Shown: one piece after another, positions 50,950 through 61,122 of the stretch
How positions within the stretch are numbered: position 1 is the stretch's first letter
Layout: the number at the start of each line of letters is the position of its first letter
Source of the DNA: Candidatus Cloacimonadales bacterium
GTDB lineage: Bacteria > Cloacimonadota > Cloacimonadia > Cloacimonadales > JAFGVF01
DNA length: 64,000 nucleotides
Reading direction: 5' to 3'
Assembly (NCBI GenBank): GCA_963678315.1
Contig: OY782781.1
Coordinates: 2,752,001-2,816,000 of the forward strand
Translations under genes and position numbers: made by a program
Notes under the pieces: generated by a model
What the model was told of the DNA's origin: nothing
The model's database searches: none
What the model saw: only the letters and a program-made list of their open reading frames with translations

Positions 50950-52893
50950 TTACCATAATCCTTTTTTAACATTAAATTTAGAAGTGTTCTCAATATTTTT
51001 ATTCTGTTTGAACTTATTAAAGATATCTATCAAATCATAGCTAGCTACATTTGGAGTACTAATATCAATTAAGAACTTTCTGTAATTAGTTAGCTTGTTT
51101 CTAAAACTAAATATACAGACTGCTTTTACTGGATATGTTTTAGTTAATCGTCCCACTCTCTTAATTATATACTGATTAGTCCTATCTTTTATGCTTCTTT
51201 CTTTAACTGGCATTCTAGAAGTAAACAGGGCTGGAGTGTAGAACATTGCTATAATTCCATCTTGTTGCTTGTAGTTATTAAAGTTTGGATAATCATTTTC
51301 ATAGGGATAGATGTAATCATTAACGCCAAACTGCTTGAGTTGTTTTATAGAAAAATCATTCATCGTATATACTTTTTCATTGGCAAGAATATTATCTGAT
51401 TTTTCAAATAATTCAAGCTGAGAGACATGAGATATAGCAAAGTTTACTAAGCCAAGTGCTTTAAGCTTATCAATTTTATCTTTAACTCCAAGCAGTTCTT
51501 TTTCCCCTATAAAATCTGCTAGTTCAATAAATAGTTTCTGTTTAAGTCTTTTTAATGTATTATCATTTAGATTTACATTATCAATCGATATTATGTAATG
51601 AACTTTCTCTTTAAATCTAGGAATTTCATTTATCTGTTGGACAGACTTTACTCGTATGTATAGAACATCACTTTTAGCACAACTAGATTTCACTGAAAGA
51701 AGTGATTTTACATCCTTGTTGGAAATATTCTTCATGTTTACTGAAGTAAACTTAATCTGTTTCTTTGCAATATCTCCACTACTAACTTTATAAACTTGTA
51801 TTCCTTGAGATCTCTTTAAGTTTCCATTAAACTTAATCTTTGCTATCTTAGATGCATTGTTTATATCTTCGTGTTGAACATCTTCAACACTATAAGTCTG
51901 AGAATCTTCTTCTCCTTGATAAATCTTTATTTTATCACCAACACTGACTTGGTTCTCTTGAATGAGAATTAGTTGATTTCCAATAACCTCACCATCTCCA
52001 AGAAATATCCCTGCAAAGGGCTTTTCAGATATTGCTTTAGATACATCTTTTCCAGCAAAATAACTTGTTTTAGTTCTTCCATAGTCATCTTTTAATCTGC
52101 TCATAGAATTTGAAATACTGCTTGTGTCATCAATTACTTGACGATAAGCTGAGACAACCTTTTGAACATACTCTGCTCTTTTCATGCGTCCTTCTATTTT
52201 TATAGAAGCAACACCAGCAGATATTAATTCAGGAATATATTCAATAAGTTGGAAATCTTTAAGACTAAAAAGGTGTTCTTTTTTTCTTTTAGTTAGGTTA
52301 AATACTCTGCGACATGGTTGTTTGCACTTACCTCTATTGGCACTCATCCCTCCTAGAAAACTAGAGAATAAACAGTTCCCTGACAAAGAGTAGCATAAAG
52401 CACCATGAACAAACACTTCAGTCTCCCCTACTTTTGATGCTTCTTTAATCTCATCCAAAGTAAGTTCTCTTGCTAGTATTGTTCTCTCTATCCCTTGTTT
52501 ATTAGCAAAATTAACACCCATTGAGTTATGGAATCCCGCTTGTGTAGATGCATGAAGAGCTGCGAACCCAAGTTTTTTAGCTAGTAAGAATAGTCCCCAA
52601 TCTTGAAATATTATAGCATCAATATTTGTATACTTTAATTTATATAGCAGCTTGATTAAGTCTGATAATTCATCATTCTTGATTAAGGTATTTAATGTAA
52701 GATATACTTTTACTTCATGCTTATGGCAATAGTCACTGATGCTCTGCAATTCTTCAATCTTAAAATTCTTAGCTCTATCTCTAGCATTGAAAGATTCAAC
52801 ACCTAGATAGACAGCATTGCAGCCTGATTCTACAGCCTCAAGCAGTGAGTATTTATCACCAGCAGGAGCCAATAACTCAATTTTCTGTTTCAT
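50950..52893 (-). CDS. U32 peptidase-family protein (RlhA/TrhP-like RNA hydroxylation family)
   Basis: ELLAPAG, AVYLG..FNAR, LHASTQ, EVFVHGALCYSLSGNC, NRGKCKQPCR, KIEGRMK. Confidence 0.88.
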   Translation of the reverse strand: MKQKIELLAPAGDKYSLLEAVESGCNAVYLGVESFNARDRAKNFKIEELQSISDYCHKHEVKVYLTLNTLIKNDELSDLIKLLYKLKYTNIDAIIFQDWGLFLLAKKLGFAALHASTQAGFHNSMGVNFANKQGIERTILARELTLDEIKEASKVGETEVFVHGALCYSLSGNCLFSSFLGGMSANRGKCKQPCRRVFNLTKRKKEHLFSLKDFQLIEYIPELISAGVASIKIEGRMKRAEYVQKVVSAYRQVIDDTSSISNSMSRLKDDYGRTKTSYFAGKDVSKAISEKPFAGIFLGDGEVIGNQLILIQENQVSVGDKIKIYQGEEDSQTYSVEDVQHEDINNASKIAKIKFNGNLKRSQGIQVYKVSSGDIAKKQIKFTSVNMKNISNKDVKSLLSVKSSCAKSDVLYIRVKSVQQINEIPRFKEKVHYIISIDNVNLNDNTLKRLKQKLFIELADFIGEKELLGVKDKIDKLKALGLVNFAISHVSQLELFEKSDNILANEKVYTMNDFSIKQLKQFGVNDYIYPYENDYPNFNNYKQQDGIIAMFYTPALFTSRMPVKERSIKDRTNQYIIKRVGRLTKTYPVKAVCIFSFRNKLTNYRKFLIDISTPNVASYDLIDIFNKFKQNKNIENTSKFNVKKGLW

Positions 52894-52898
52894 AAAAT

Positions 52899-53993
52899 CT
52901 ACTTACTAATCCTTCTGTATAGTTCTTTTACTTGCTCAGCAGAAACACTTAAAGGATTTAATGCCATATTTCTGGTCGCCATGACTTTTTCAGTCATATA
53001 CTCAATCAATTCTTCATCAAGTTTTTCATTCAATACTAAATCAAACTTCTTTAACCAGGAATAAAAATCTGTTTTGGTCATGTTTAAGTAGTCAAATAAT
53101 TCATCTAGTTGACTTTTTGCGTGTGGGTAGTAAAGTTCCATTATATCCTCCATAACTATACCATTCGCCATACCGTGAGGGGTTCCGAATTCAGTAGTAA
53201 GAGGATAACCAATAGAATGTTGCAAAGTAGTACCAGTATGAGCAATAACAATACCGCCATACAATGAACCAAGCATTAGACCAGCCCTTGCCTCGTAATT
53301 ATCTGCTTGAGTCAATGCTACTTCAAGATTATCAATGATAAGTTTAACACCTTTATGAAGCATTGGAGTTACAAGCATGTTTCTATTTTTAGAATATAAA
53401 CCTTCGAGAAGATGACTTAGTGCATCTATAGCTGTATTTAAAGTAACATTTCGTGGAACTGAATAGCTGAATTCAGGATTAACTATGGATAGTTTTGGAA
53501 AAACTAAAGCAGAACCAAAACCAGCTTTCTTTTTGTTTATGGTGTCAGTTAACACGCTATATTGAGTTGCTTCGGTACCTGTCCCAGAAGTTAAAGGAAC
53601 TGCTACAAGAGGTAGAGCTGCTTTGAACTTGCTAGCATCATAAATCTCTTCTGTCTTAATTTCAGAAGCTACAATCATAGCAATAGCCTTCCCAGCATCA
53701 ATTGGAGAACCTCCACCAATACCTATGATAAAATCACAAGCAGTTTTCTTACATAATTCAACACCTTTATCAACAGAAATCAAGGAAGGATTCTCTTGTA
53801 TTTCAGCATATATTTCATACTGAATGCTTAGCTTATCTAATGAATTTTTAATAGAAGTTAACGCTCCGCTTTTCTTAGCTGAAGATCTACCAGTAACTAT
53901 CAGAGCTTTTTCACCTATGCTCTTCAAATCATTTTCGGCATCACAAACTGCATTTTTCCCAAAAAATACTTTAGTTGGTAAGTAATAATTCAT
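52899..53993 (-). CDS. Iron-containing alcohol dehydrogenase
   Basis: GIGGGSPIDAGK, PLTSGTGTEAT, DALSHLLE, HSIGY...PHG. Confidence 0.9.
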   Translation of the reverse strand: MNYYLPTKVFFGKNAVCDAENDLKSIGEKALIVTGRSSAKKSGALTSIKNSLDKLSIQYEIYAEIQENPSLISVDKGVELCKKTACDFIIGIGGGSPIDAGKAIAMIVASEIKTEEIYDASKFKAALPLVAVPLTSGTGTEATQYSVLTDTINKKKAGFGSALVFPKLSIVNPEFSYSVPRNVTLNTAIDALSHLLEGLYSKNRNMLVTPMLHKGVKLIIDNLEVALTQADNYEARAGLMLGSLYGGIVIAHTGTTLQHSIGYPLTTEFGTPHGMANGIVMEDIMELYYPHAKSQLDELFDYLNMTKTDFYSWLKKFDLVLNEKLDEELIEYMTEKVMATRNMALNPLSVSAEQVKELYRRISK

Positions 53994-54009
53994 ATATACC
54001 TCATTTATT

Positions 54010-54432
54010 TTATTTATTAATTTTCCTATTTATTTGAACAATATAGCCATCTAAGCTTTCGAATCCAAAGTTTTCATACATCCTTTTAGCTCTAATATTA
54101 CTTTCATAGACTTCGAGCTTTGCTTGTAGTCCAATTGATTTACTGAAGTCTAAAGAGTTTTGTAGAAGCAATGACCCAATCCCATGACCTTGGTAAGCTT
54201 TTAATACTGCCATATGGTGAATATAAGTTCTCCTATAATCATGTGTTACCCAGACTGTTCCAACAACTTTGCCATCTTTGATTGCAGTAATCATTTTAGC
54301 ACCATGGTCCAGGGTTTTCTTCACTGAATGATAGTCATCACCACGAGCTGGATTAGCAATCCCTCGCTCCAACCAGATCTGTCTAATTTCTTCAAAAAGT
54401 TCTTCATTAAAATCAAAAGAAATCTTAATCAC
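54010..54432 (-). CDS. GNAT acetyltransferase
   Basis: IHHMAV...YQGHGIGSLL; LEVYESN.RA..MYENFGF. Confidence 0.85.
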   Translation of the reverse strand: MIKISFDFNEELFEEIRQIWLERGIANPARGDDYHSVKKTLDHGAKMITAIKDGKVVGTVWVTHDYRRTYIHHMAVLKAYQGHGIGSLLLQNSLDFSKSIGLQAKLEVYESNIRAKRMYENFGFESLDGYIVQINRKINK

Positions 54433-54658
54433 ATTTCCTCCAAACTCATCAATTTATAGCTAAAAAATCAATATGATAAATCTATAAAAATTACTACTAT
54501 TAATTTGGCAAGTAGATAGTTTAAATTTTAAAGCTTGACGATATTAATATAATTATGATTTTTGATGAAATAAGAAAAAATATTTAATATTCTTAATATT
54601 ATATAAGTTTTGAGAAATTTAAAATTAATATATTAAGTGTAATTGTGGAGGATTTTAC

Positions 54659-55825
54659 ATGAAGAAATACCTAGCTGTATTGATAGTTATTGCTTGTTTT
54701 TTAGCTGGCTGTTCTGTTTTCAGTTCTGGAAAAGATGAGTTAAGCCCTAGCGCAAGAAGATCATTAAGAAACGGAAACATCTATTATCCTGGTAATTTGG
54801 ACAAAGCTAGAAAGTTCTTATCCGAAGTTCTAGATGAGTATCCTGAAAATATTGAAGCTAACAAGAAAATGGCTGACATTTACTTTTCTGATGCTGAAAA
54901 CAATGAATCAATTGCTTATGAAAAATACTTGGAAGCATGGGACAAATACCAAATTGTTTACAACAAGTTGAGAGCAATTGAAAGAAAAGATCGTACTCGT
55001 AATCAAAGACGTTGGTATAAGGATACTAAGAAAAAGATTAAATCAATCTACTTAAGAATTCAAGCCCAAGCTAAAGAAGAATACTCAAAGTATTTAGAAG
55101 ATGGTTCTGGTAACGTAGAATTAGCAATTGAAAAATTCAATAAAACTATTGATTTAGATCCTACTCAAAATTCATCTTATGTTTTCTTATTAAAGATTTA
55201 TAGTTCAAAGATTGATGATCTCTATAAAGAAGAAGTTTTAGATGAAGCTAAATTAGCTGAATATGATAACATGATTTTAGGTTTCTTCGGTAAATTAGCT
55301 GAAAATGAACCAGACAATGTTAGTTACTTATCTAAATATGCTAAACAATTGTTTAACATGGAAAGATATAATGAATCATTAGAAGAATTCACAAACCTCA
55401 TCGAAGTAGATACTTATAACTTTGAGAATTACTATTATGCAGCTCAATGTAATGATAAATTAGGTAACTTAGATGAATCTATATCAATTATGACTTTAGC
55501 TAATACAAATATTCCTGAAAATGTTGATGTTCTTAAAACTTTAGCATTATATTCAAAACAAGCTGAGATGAAAGAAGATTATATCAATTACACTAAACAA
55601 TTAATTGATCTTGAAGCTTCTTCACCAATCTTAAGTTCATTCTGTGCTTTCTTGTATAAAGAAAAAATGTGGGAAGAGCTTCTAACATATTCTGAAAGAT
55701 GGTATGTTGTTGACAAAAAGAATGCTAACTCAGCTCGTTTCGCAGCTTACGCAGCTCAACAACTTAAACAAAATGATAAATATAAATTCTACGGAAAAAT
55801 ATTTAAAAAGTTATCTGGCAAATAA
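54659..55825 (+). CDS. TPR-like lipoprotein
   Basis: Lipobox LAGC; helical repeats (AIEKFNKTIDLDP, YYYAAQC). Confidence 0.75.
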   Translation: MKKYLAVLIVIACFLAGCSVFSSGKDELSPSARRSLRNGNIYYPGNLDKARKFLSEVLDEYPENIEANKKMADIYFSDAENNESIAYEKYLEAWDKYQIVYNKLRAIERKDRTRNQRRWYKDTKKKIKSIYLRIQAQAKEEYSKYLEDGSGNVELAIEKFNKTIDLDPTQNSSYVFLLKIYSSKIDDLYKEEVLDEAKLAEYDNMILGFFGKLAENEPDNVSYLSKYAKQLFNMERYNESLEEFTNLIEVDTYNFENYYYAAQCNDKLGNLDESISIMTLANTNIPENVDVLKTLALYSKQAEMKEDYINYTKQLIDLEASSPILSSFCAFLYKEKMWEELLTYSERWYVVDKKNANSARFAAYAAQQLKQNDKYKFYGKIFKKLSGK

Positions 55826-55844
55826 TAGATATACATTATAAATT

Positions 55845-55879
55845 AAAAGAGCTTTGATTTAATCAAAGCTCTTTTTTTT
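55845..55879 (+). terminator. Intrinsic terminator
   Basis: aaaagagctttgat-tta-atcaaagctctttt. Confidence 0.85.
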
Positions 55880-55966
55880 GCTTTATTTTTACAAAAGCAC
55901 AAGACTTTTATATTTACAACTGATATTTTTCAACATTAAGCTTTTTTATAAAAAGTCTGTCTTTAT

Positions 55967-56147
55967 CCCATTTGATGCAGTAGGCTTCTCGTGAAGAGTG
56001 CAGATTCCGTCTAAGCCGGACACGGTATTTCAGCAAAATAAGTTACAGAATCGAAGTTTGAATAATATATATTCTAGCTGAGGTTATGGAATTTATTCTT
56101 GCAAAATAATATAGTACTATTCTAGAAGTTCTACTGTATTAGATGGG
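55967..56147. mobile_element. MITE-like family D copy 3
   Basis: TIRs cccatttgatgcagtaggcttct / agaagttctactgtattagatggg; core nearly identical to the 27402 copy. Confidence 0.75.
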
Positions 56148-56165
56148 TTTATATCGCTTAATTAA

Positions 56166-56642
56166 CTATAAAGACAAAATTTCTTTATCTCCTTCTTTGC
56201 TAGCCCAAGAATACTTCACTTCTCCAACAAAGATAGTATGATCCCCGGAAAGCACTTGAGTTACAATATTACACTCGAAGTTTGCTACTGCTTTCTCAAA
56301 GATTGGTAATTTTCTGTATTTACCTGGGAAATGTTTCAATTTAGATAGTTCAATTTTATTAACATCTCTACCAGACTGTAAGCCAAAGAACATTGTTTCT
56401 TCGTGCATTTCGCTTGAAGGGATAACCAAGTTAAAGTATCTATTATTCTGAAGCGCTTCATAGGAATATCTTTGATTTCCAACAGATATAGCAAACATTG
56501 GAGGCTTTATTGATGTTTTCATAAACCATTCTAAAGTAATTACATTGGGTTTACCATCAGCTTGTTCTACAACTGCAAGTGCTACTCTTCTATTTTTATT
56601 AGATTTTGCATGAGCAAAGTTAAATTCTACTTGTTCCATCAT
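56166..56642 (-). CDS. Flavin reductase-family protein
   Basis: PNVITL.W, PPMFAISV, SGRDVNK, FEC, GDHTIFVGEV. Confidence 0.85.
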   Translation of the reverse strand: MMEQVEFNFAHAKSNKNRRVALAVVEQADGKPNVITLEWFMKTSIKPPMFAISVGNQRYSYEALQNNRYFNLVIPSSEMHEETMFFGLQSGRDVNKIELSKLKHFPGKYRKLPIFEKAVANFECNIVTQVLSGDHTIFVGEVKYSWASKEGDKEILSL

Positions 56643-56722
56643 AACTCCTTAATTATTCTCTTGATAAATATTATAATGAGAATTCTTATATTAGCAATAT
56701 TTACTCTTTAGATGAGAATTAG

Positions 56723-57904
56723 CTAATCAATAGTTAATAGTTTAGGTGTGAATGCACGTATTAGTATGAGTCCTAAAGGAGCAGTAAAAAGAATGGATAA
56801 TACTGCAATTGCTAATATCACATCGCCTTGAGCTATACCATTTTTAAGTGCTACGCTTCCTAATGCTGCTTGAACAGTAGCTTTTGGTAAATATGCAATT
56901 ACACAGAATAGTTTTTCTTTCTTGTTAAGTTTAGAGAAAGCAGTTGCAATTAGCACACCTAAAGATCGTGCTAGCAGACCTAAACATATAACAGCTAATC
57001 CCTTTAGTCCAGAACCTAGAGCTACATCAACATCAACAGCTAATCCGATTAGAATAAATAAGATTATCTCAGCAAAGACCCATATTTGAGATAAGCTAGA
57101 GGCTAAATCATTTGCTACTCTGTTATTCTTTTCAAGAATTACAAAGCCTACAGTCATAATACCCAACAAGGCTGCTGAATGTAATATATTTCCAACTTGT
57201 ACAAGCAGCATAGATATAGTTAGTAAGACCAGAGTTTTTTCTGTTGTATGAATATGCTTATCTCGCTTCTTAAAGTAATATACTAAAATATAACCGACAA
57301 TTATTCCTGGAATAATGCCCAACAATATTGAAATTGGAATATTTAAAAGAGCTTTACCAATGTGAGAATCTCCACCAGTAGCTAACCCAAGAAAAACCGA
57401 GAATATAGTAATTGCAAAAACATCATCAACAGAAGCACCAGCTAGAATTATAGTCGGAACATCTTTTTTCTTACCATATCCTTTTGATTTAAAGTCTAGC
57501 ATTGAAGGAACTATCACCGCAGGTGAAACTGCTGAGATCATGAAAGCAGTCAAACCAGACACTGCAAATGGAAAGTCGAACCAATAGTAGAATAACGTTG
57601 TCAGGAGTAGTCCTTCAAGAATACAAGGGATAAAGGACATAAGCAAAGCCGTGATACCTACCTTTTTTAAAGTCACCTTACTGATTCCTAATCCTGCTCT
57701 AAGTAGAATAACTATTAAAGCAAATGATTTTAGAAATGGCTCAGCTTCAAATATCAAGTTTGGAATTGATTCCTGATAAAAAAAACTAAATCCTATACCA
57801 TATATCAACATCCCTAATACTGATGGAAGTTTTAATTTAGTGAATAATTTACCTACAAACCATCCTCCAAGAACCATTAAAACCACAAATACATTCAAGT
57901 CCAT
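56723..57904 (-). CDS. Cation:proton antiporter (NHA/SLC9B-like)
   Basis: Multiple TMs; ILLRAGL; AVSPAVIVP; ASVDDVFAI; LPKATVQAALG; AAGGAG RBS before MDLNV. Confidence 0.88.
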   Translation of the reverse strand: MDLNVFVVLMVLGGWFVGKLFTKLKLPSVLGMLIYGIGFSFFYQESIPNLIFEAEPFLKSFALIVILLRAGLGISKVTLKKVGITALLMSFIPCILEGLLLTTLFYYWFDFPFAVSGLTAFMISAVSPAVIVPSMLDFKSKGYGKKKDVPTIILAGASVDDVFAITIFSVFLGLATGGDSHIGKALLNIPISILLGIIPGIIVGYILVYYFKKRDKHIHTTEKTLVLLTISMLLVQVGNILHSAALLGIMTVGFVILEKNNRVANDLASSLSQIWVFAEIILFILIGLAVDVDVALGSGLKGLAVICLGLLARSLGVLIATAFSKLNKKEKLFCVIAYLPKATVQAALGSVALKNGIAQGDVILAIAVLSILFTAPLGLILIRAFTPKLLTID

Positions 57905-57923
57905 TTCTTCTCCTTTATTATGC

Positions 57924-58026
57924 AAAAAAATGACTCCTGCATAACACTAATTAAAATATTATGTAGGAGTCATTAGTCTTTCGACGGTTTTATATAATCT
58001 AATTATATAGGCGAACTCCATCACCT
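57924..58026 (-). promoter_or_regulatory. Fluoride riboswitch (crcB motif) with overlapping terminator
   Basis: GGUGAUGGAGUUCGCC...AAACCGUC GAAA GACUAAUGACUCCUAC; terminator augacuccuacauaa...uuaugcaggagucau-U tract. Confidence 0.88.
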
Positions 58027-58199
58027 TGAAATCAATCAATCTATGATCTTTGAATTAGTCAAGTTTTTTAGCTCAAGAAAAAACTATTGACTTAGTTCTC
58101 AAGATTAAAAGAGTATAATTATGGAAAGGCAGGCTAGCAGTCTAGCTCAGCATTCACCGAATGCTGTCCCTCCATAAAAATAATACTTAATGAGGATTT

Positions 58200-59090
58200 A
58201 TGCTTAATCTTGATGTTTATAAATGCGGATTTGTTGCTATTATCGGAAAACCAAATGTAGGAAAGTCTACATTGATGAATCATTTGATTGGGGAAAAAAT
58301 CTCAATCATTTCATCTAAACCCCAAACAACTAGACAAAGCCTTAAAGGCATCTATTCTGATGATACAAAGCAGATTATTTTTGTTGATACACCAGGATTT
58401 CTAAAGCCTAGATATGAGCTTCACAATAGAATGCTTGACCTTATTATGAGCTCTCTTAAAAACTCAGATCTGATTGTCTTTATAACAGACGCTAACCACT
58501 TCCCTACTGATTACGATAAGGAACTGCTAAAAGAACTTGAAAGCGTTAGATTGCCTAAAGTAGCCTTGCTTAATAAAATTGATTTAATTGATCAAGCTAC
58601 AATAGCGGAAAAGACTGATCTCTTATCTAAACACTTCGATAAAGTTATTCCTATTTCAGCTCTTAAAAGTACAAATACAGATACATTACTTGATACTTTT
58701 GCAGAAATGCTACCTTTCAGTCCCCCATTATATGACCCAGATCACTTATCAGATTTACCAATGCGTTTCTTTGCTCAAGAGATTATTCGAGAAAAGATTT
58801 TCTTGAATTTCTCTGATGAAATCCCATATTCAACAGCCATTCTTATTGATAGATATGATGAAACAGACGAAAGTGTAAAGATTGATGCATCTTTATGGAT
58901 TGAAAGAGCTTCGCAAAAACCTATTGTAATAGGAAAAGGAGGCTCTATGATTAAGAAGATTCGCCTTGATGCACAAAGAGAACTAAAGAACTTTGTTGGA
59001 AAAGCAGTCAAAATTGAAATATTTGTTAAAATTAAAAAGAAATGGAGAAAGAATAATAGTCATTTAAATGAACTAGGATTCAAGAAGTAA
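58200..59090 (+). CDS. era: GTPase Era
   Basis: GKPNVGKSTL, KPQTTR, DTPG, NKID, EIIREK, EIPY, IGKGG KH domain. Confidence 0.96.
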   Translation: MLNLDVYKCGFVAIIGKPNVGKSTLMNHLIGEKISIISSKPQTTRQSLKGIYSDDTKQIIFVDTPGFLKPRYELHNRMLDLIMSSLKNSDLIVFITDANHFPTDYDKELLKELESVRLPKVALLNKIDLIDQATIAEKTDLLSKHFDKVIPISALKSTNTDTLLDTFAEMLPFSPPLYDPDHLSDLPMRFFAQEIIREKIFLNFSDEIPYSTAILIDRYDETDESVKIDASLWIERASQKPIVIGKGGSMIKKIRLDAQRELKNFVGKAVKIEIFVKIKKKWRKNNSHLNELGFKK

Positions 59091-59113
59091 TCTTTATTAC
59101 AACTTTAGGGCTC

Positions 59114-59432
59114 CCTTACTAGCCCCTTTGAAAAATCGGCTTTTTTTCAAGCAGACCAGTAAGGAAGGAGTGAGAAGTTATTGGGAACGCTTTGCCTTTA
59201 GTCCGGCTGCTGCCGGATAGCTGGCAAAGAGAAGTTAGGAGTGAGGAGTTAGGAGTTAGGATCAGACTGGGAACTGGGATCGCCAGCCTCTGCGCTGGCT
59301 TCACTTAGAACGTAGTGATAAGTGAATTTGTAGAGACGTTTCGAAAACATCTCAAAAAAGGGAGTGTAAGCATCCACCGATAGGTTGAAGGAACTTCATG
59401 CTTACGCAAAGTAGATTATTTTTTCGTAGCCA
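59114..59432. repeat. Composite repeat, inverted copy of 40196-40491 (includes family A copy 5)
   Basis: Reverse-complement match module by module. Confidence 0.85.
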
Positions 59433-59882
59433 GGGCCGTGTCAGGCTTTGACTGAGTCTTGCACCCCATGTACAATGACATAAAAGAATCAAATCCCGAA
59501 GGGACGGTATAATTTCAAATGAAAAGAGAAAAGTGAAAAATGAAAACTGATAACACAGAAAAGGCAGATTATATAGATACGATGTTTACGAGTTAAAATG
59601 TTTAATTGTTGAGAAGTCGAAATGTTTAATTTCTTAGGATCTGGATTTGTGTATATTGGTGTTATTTGTGGCTATTTCTCTTATTTATTATTTAGTCTCG
59701 AAGGTAGTTTCGCAAGCAAAATGCTTGCAACCCAAGAGTAGCGACGTTTAGTAGAATTCACCCTCATTCTGTCTACTTTCAGATAGCCCAAAACACACAA
59801 TAATTGGCATATTTTCCTATTTATATTGACAGGAATGTCTAAAATAAATTCATGCACTTGAAATATGATTTTAGGAGAAAAA

Positions 59883-60851
59883 ATGTTAAGACACTTTAAT
59901 TCTGAGAATTTTAAACAGATTTTAGGAATTATTTTGGGAAGTATCTTTTATGGAATAGGATACTCATGGTTTTTAGTACCTTACCAAATGTCACCCGGTG
60001 GCGTTGGAGGTATCGCACAGATTTTGAATCACTTCTTTGATTTACCTGTTGGTGTAATAAGTATTTCAATGAATATACCATTGTTCATTGTTTCTTTCTT
60101 ATTAATAGGAAAAACATTTGGTTCAAGGTCTATATACGGTATGATTATTAGTGCGTTAATGATTGATGCTGTAAGTTTCCCATTCCTACACAAAATTGGA
60201 TTGATTTCAAGCTTAGATGCTTATACTCATGTATTTAAAGGTAAACAAATTCTAGCAATGTTAGGACCAGACGATATTTATTTATCAGCTATTGCAGGTT
60301 CTGTGCTTTTAGGATTTGGTTTAGGAATAATCTTTAGGTTCCGTGGTTCTACGGGTGGTACTGATATTCCAGTTGCTTTAGTTAAGCAAAAAACAGGAAT
60401 TTCAGTTGGTACTGCTTACTGGGTTATCGAAACACTGATTATTCTTAGTGTATGCCTTGTATTCCAAGATATAAAGCTACTAATTTGGGCTTATATCAAC
60501 TTGTTCATATCTACCAAAATTACAGATATTGCTAGTGAAGGTCTTCCTTATATTAAAGGTGTATATATTATTTCAACTGAAGCGATTGAAATTAAAAATG
60601 AGATTTATAAGCAATTAAACCGTGGTGTTACTATGTTCAAAGCACAATCAGGTTGGAGTAACCGTGATTTAAATGTTTTATTGTGTGTGTGTAACAGACG
60701 CCAAGTTGGTCCTTTAACAGACCTTGTAAAATCTATCGATCCGAACTCATTTGTTATCTTAAATGATGTTTATGATGTGATGGGATATGGATTCAAGAGC
60801 AGACAGCTGAACTTACAGGATAAGAAGCCTGAACAAAAGGCTAAAGCATAG
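59883..60851 (+). CDS. YitT-family membrane protein (DUF2179 C-terminus)
   Basis: PGGVGG, NIPLF, GSTGGTDI, LNRGVT, IDPNSFV....V.DVMG.GF. Confidence 0.9.
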   Translation: MLRHFNSENFKQILGIILGSIFYGIGYSWFLVPYQMSPGGVGGIAQILNHFFDLPVGVISISMNIPLFIVSFLLIGKTFGSRSIYGMIISALMIDAVSFPFLHKIGLISSLDAYTHVFKGKQILAMLGPDDIYLSAIAGSVLLGFGLGIIFRFRGSTGGTDIPVALVKQKTGISVGTAYWVIETLIILSVCLVFQDIKLLIWAYINLFISTKITDIASEGLPYIKGVYIISTEAIEIKNEIYKQLNRGVTMFKAQSGWSNRDLNVLLCVCNRRQVGPLTDLVKSIDPNSFVILNDVYDVMGYGFKSRQLNLQDKKPEQKAKA

Positions 60852-60859
60852 ATTGATTT

Positions 60860-60888
60860 AAGAGCTTTGATTATTCGAAGCTCTTTTT
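60860..60888 (+). terminator. Intrinsic terminator
   Basis: aagagcttt...gaagctctttt. Confidence 0.75.
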
Positions 60889-61067
60889 CTTTTTTACACC
60901 AATTATAACATGTAAGCAGTTCTTTACTAAGGATTTTCAATTAACGATAAATTTCATTTAAACACTTGACAGATATGCAAAAAAAAATATATTTTACTTA
61001 ATATGATTAATAATGATTAAGGAAATTTTATAAATAAATAATATACATAGTTTTAGACTTAATGGCT

Positions 61068-61100
61068 AACCACTGTGCAGAATTGCTTACAGTGGTTTTT
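61068..61100 (+). promoter_or_regulatory. rimP-leader-like attenuator hairpin
   Basis: aaccactgt..gca/tgc..acagtggttttt just upstream of rimP-nusA-infB. Confidence 0.55.
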
Positions 61101-61122
61101 AATTTATATAAAAGGTGATAAG

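Noticed and set aside
58087..58119. TTGACT/TATAAT promoter for era
   Set aside because: The 21-nt spacing is too long for a sigma70 promoter.
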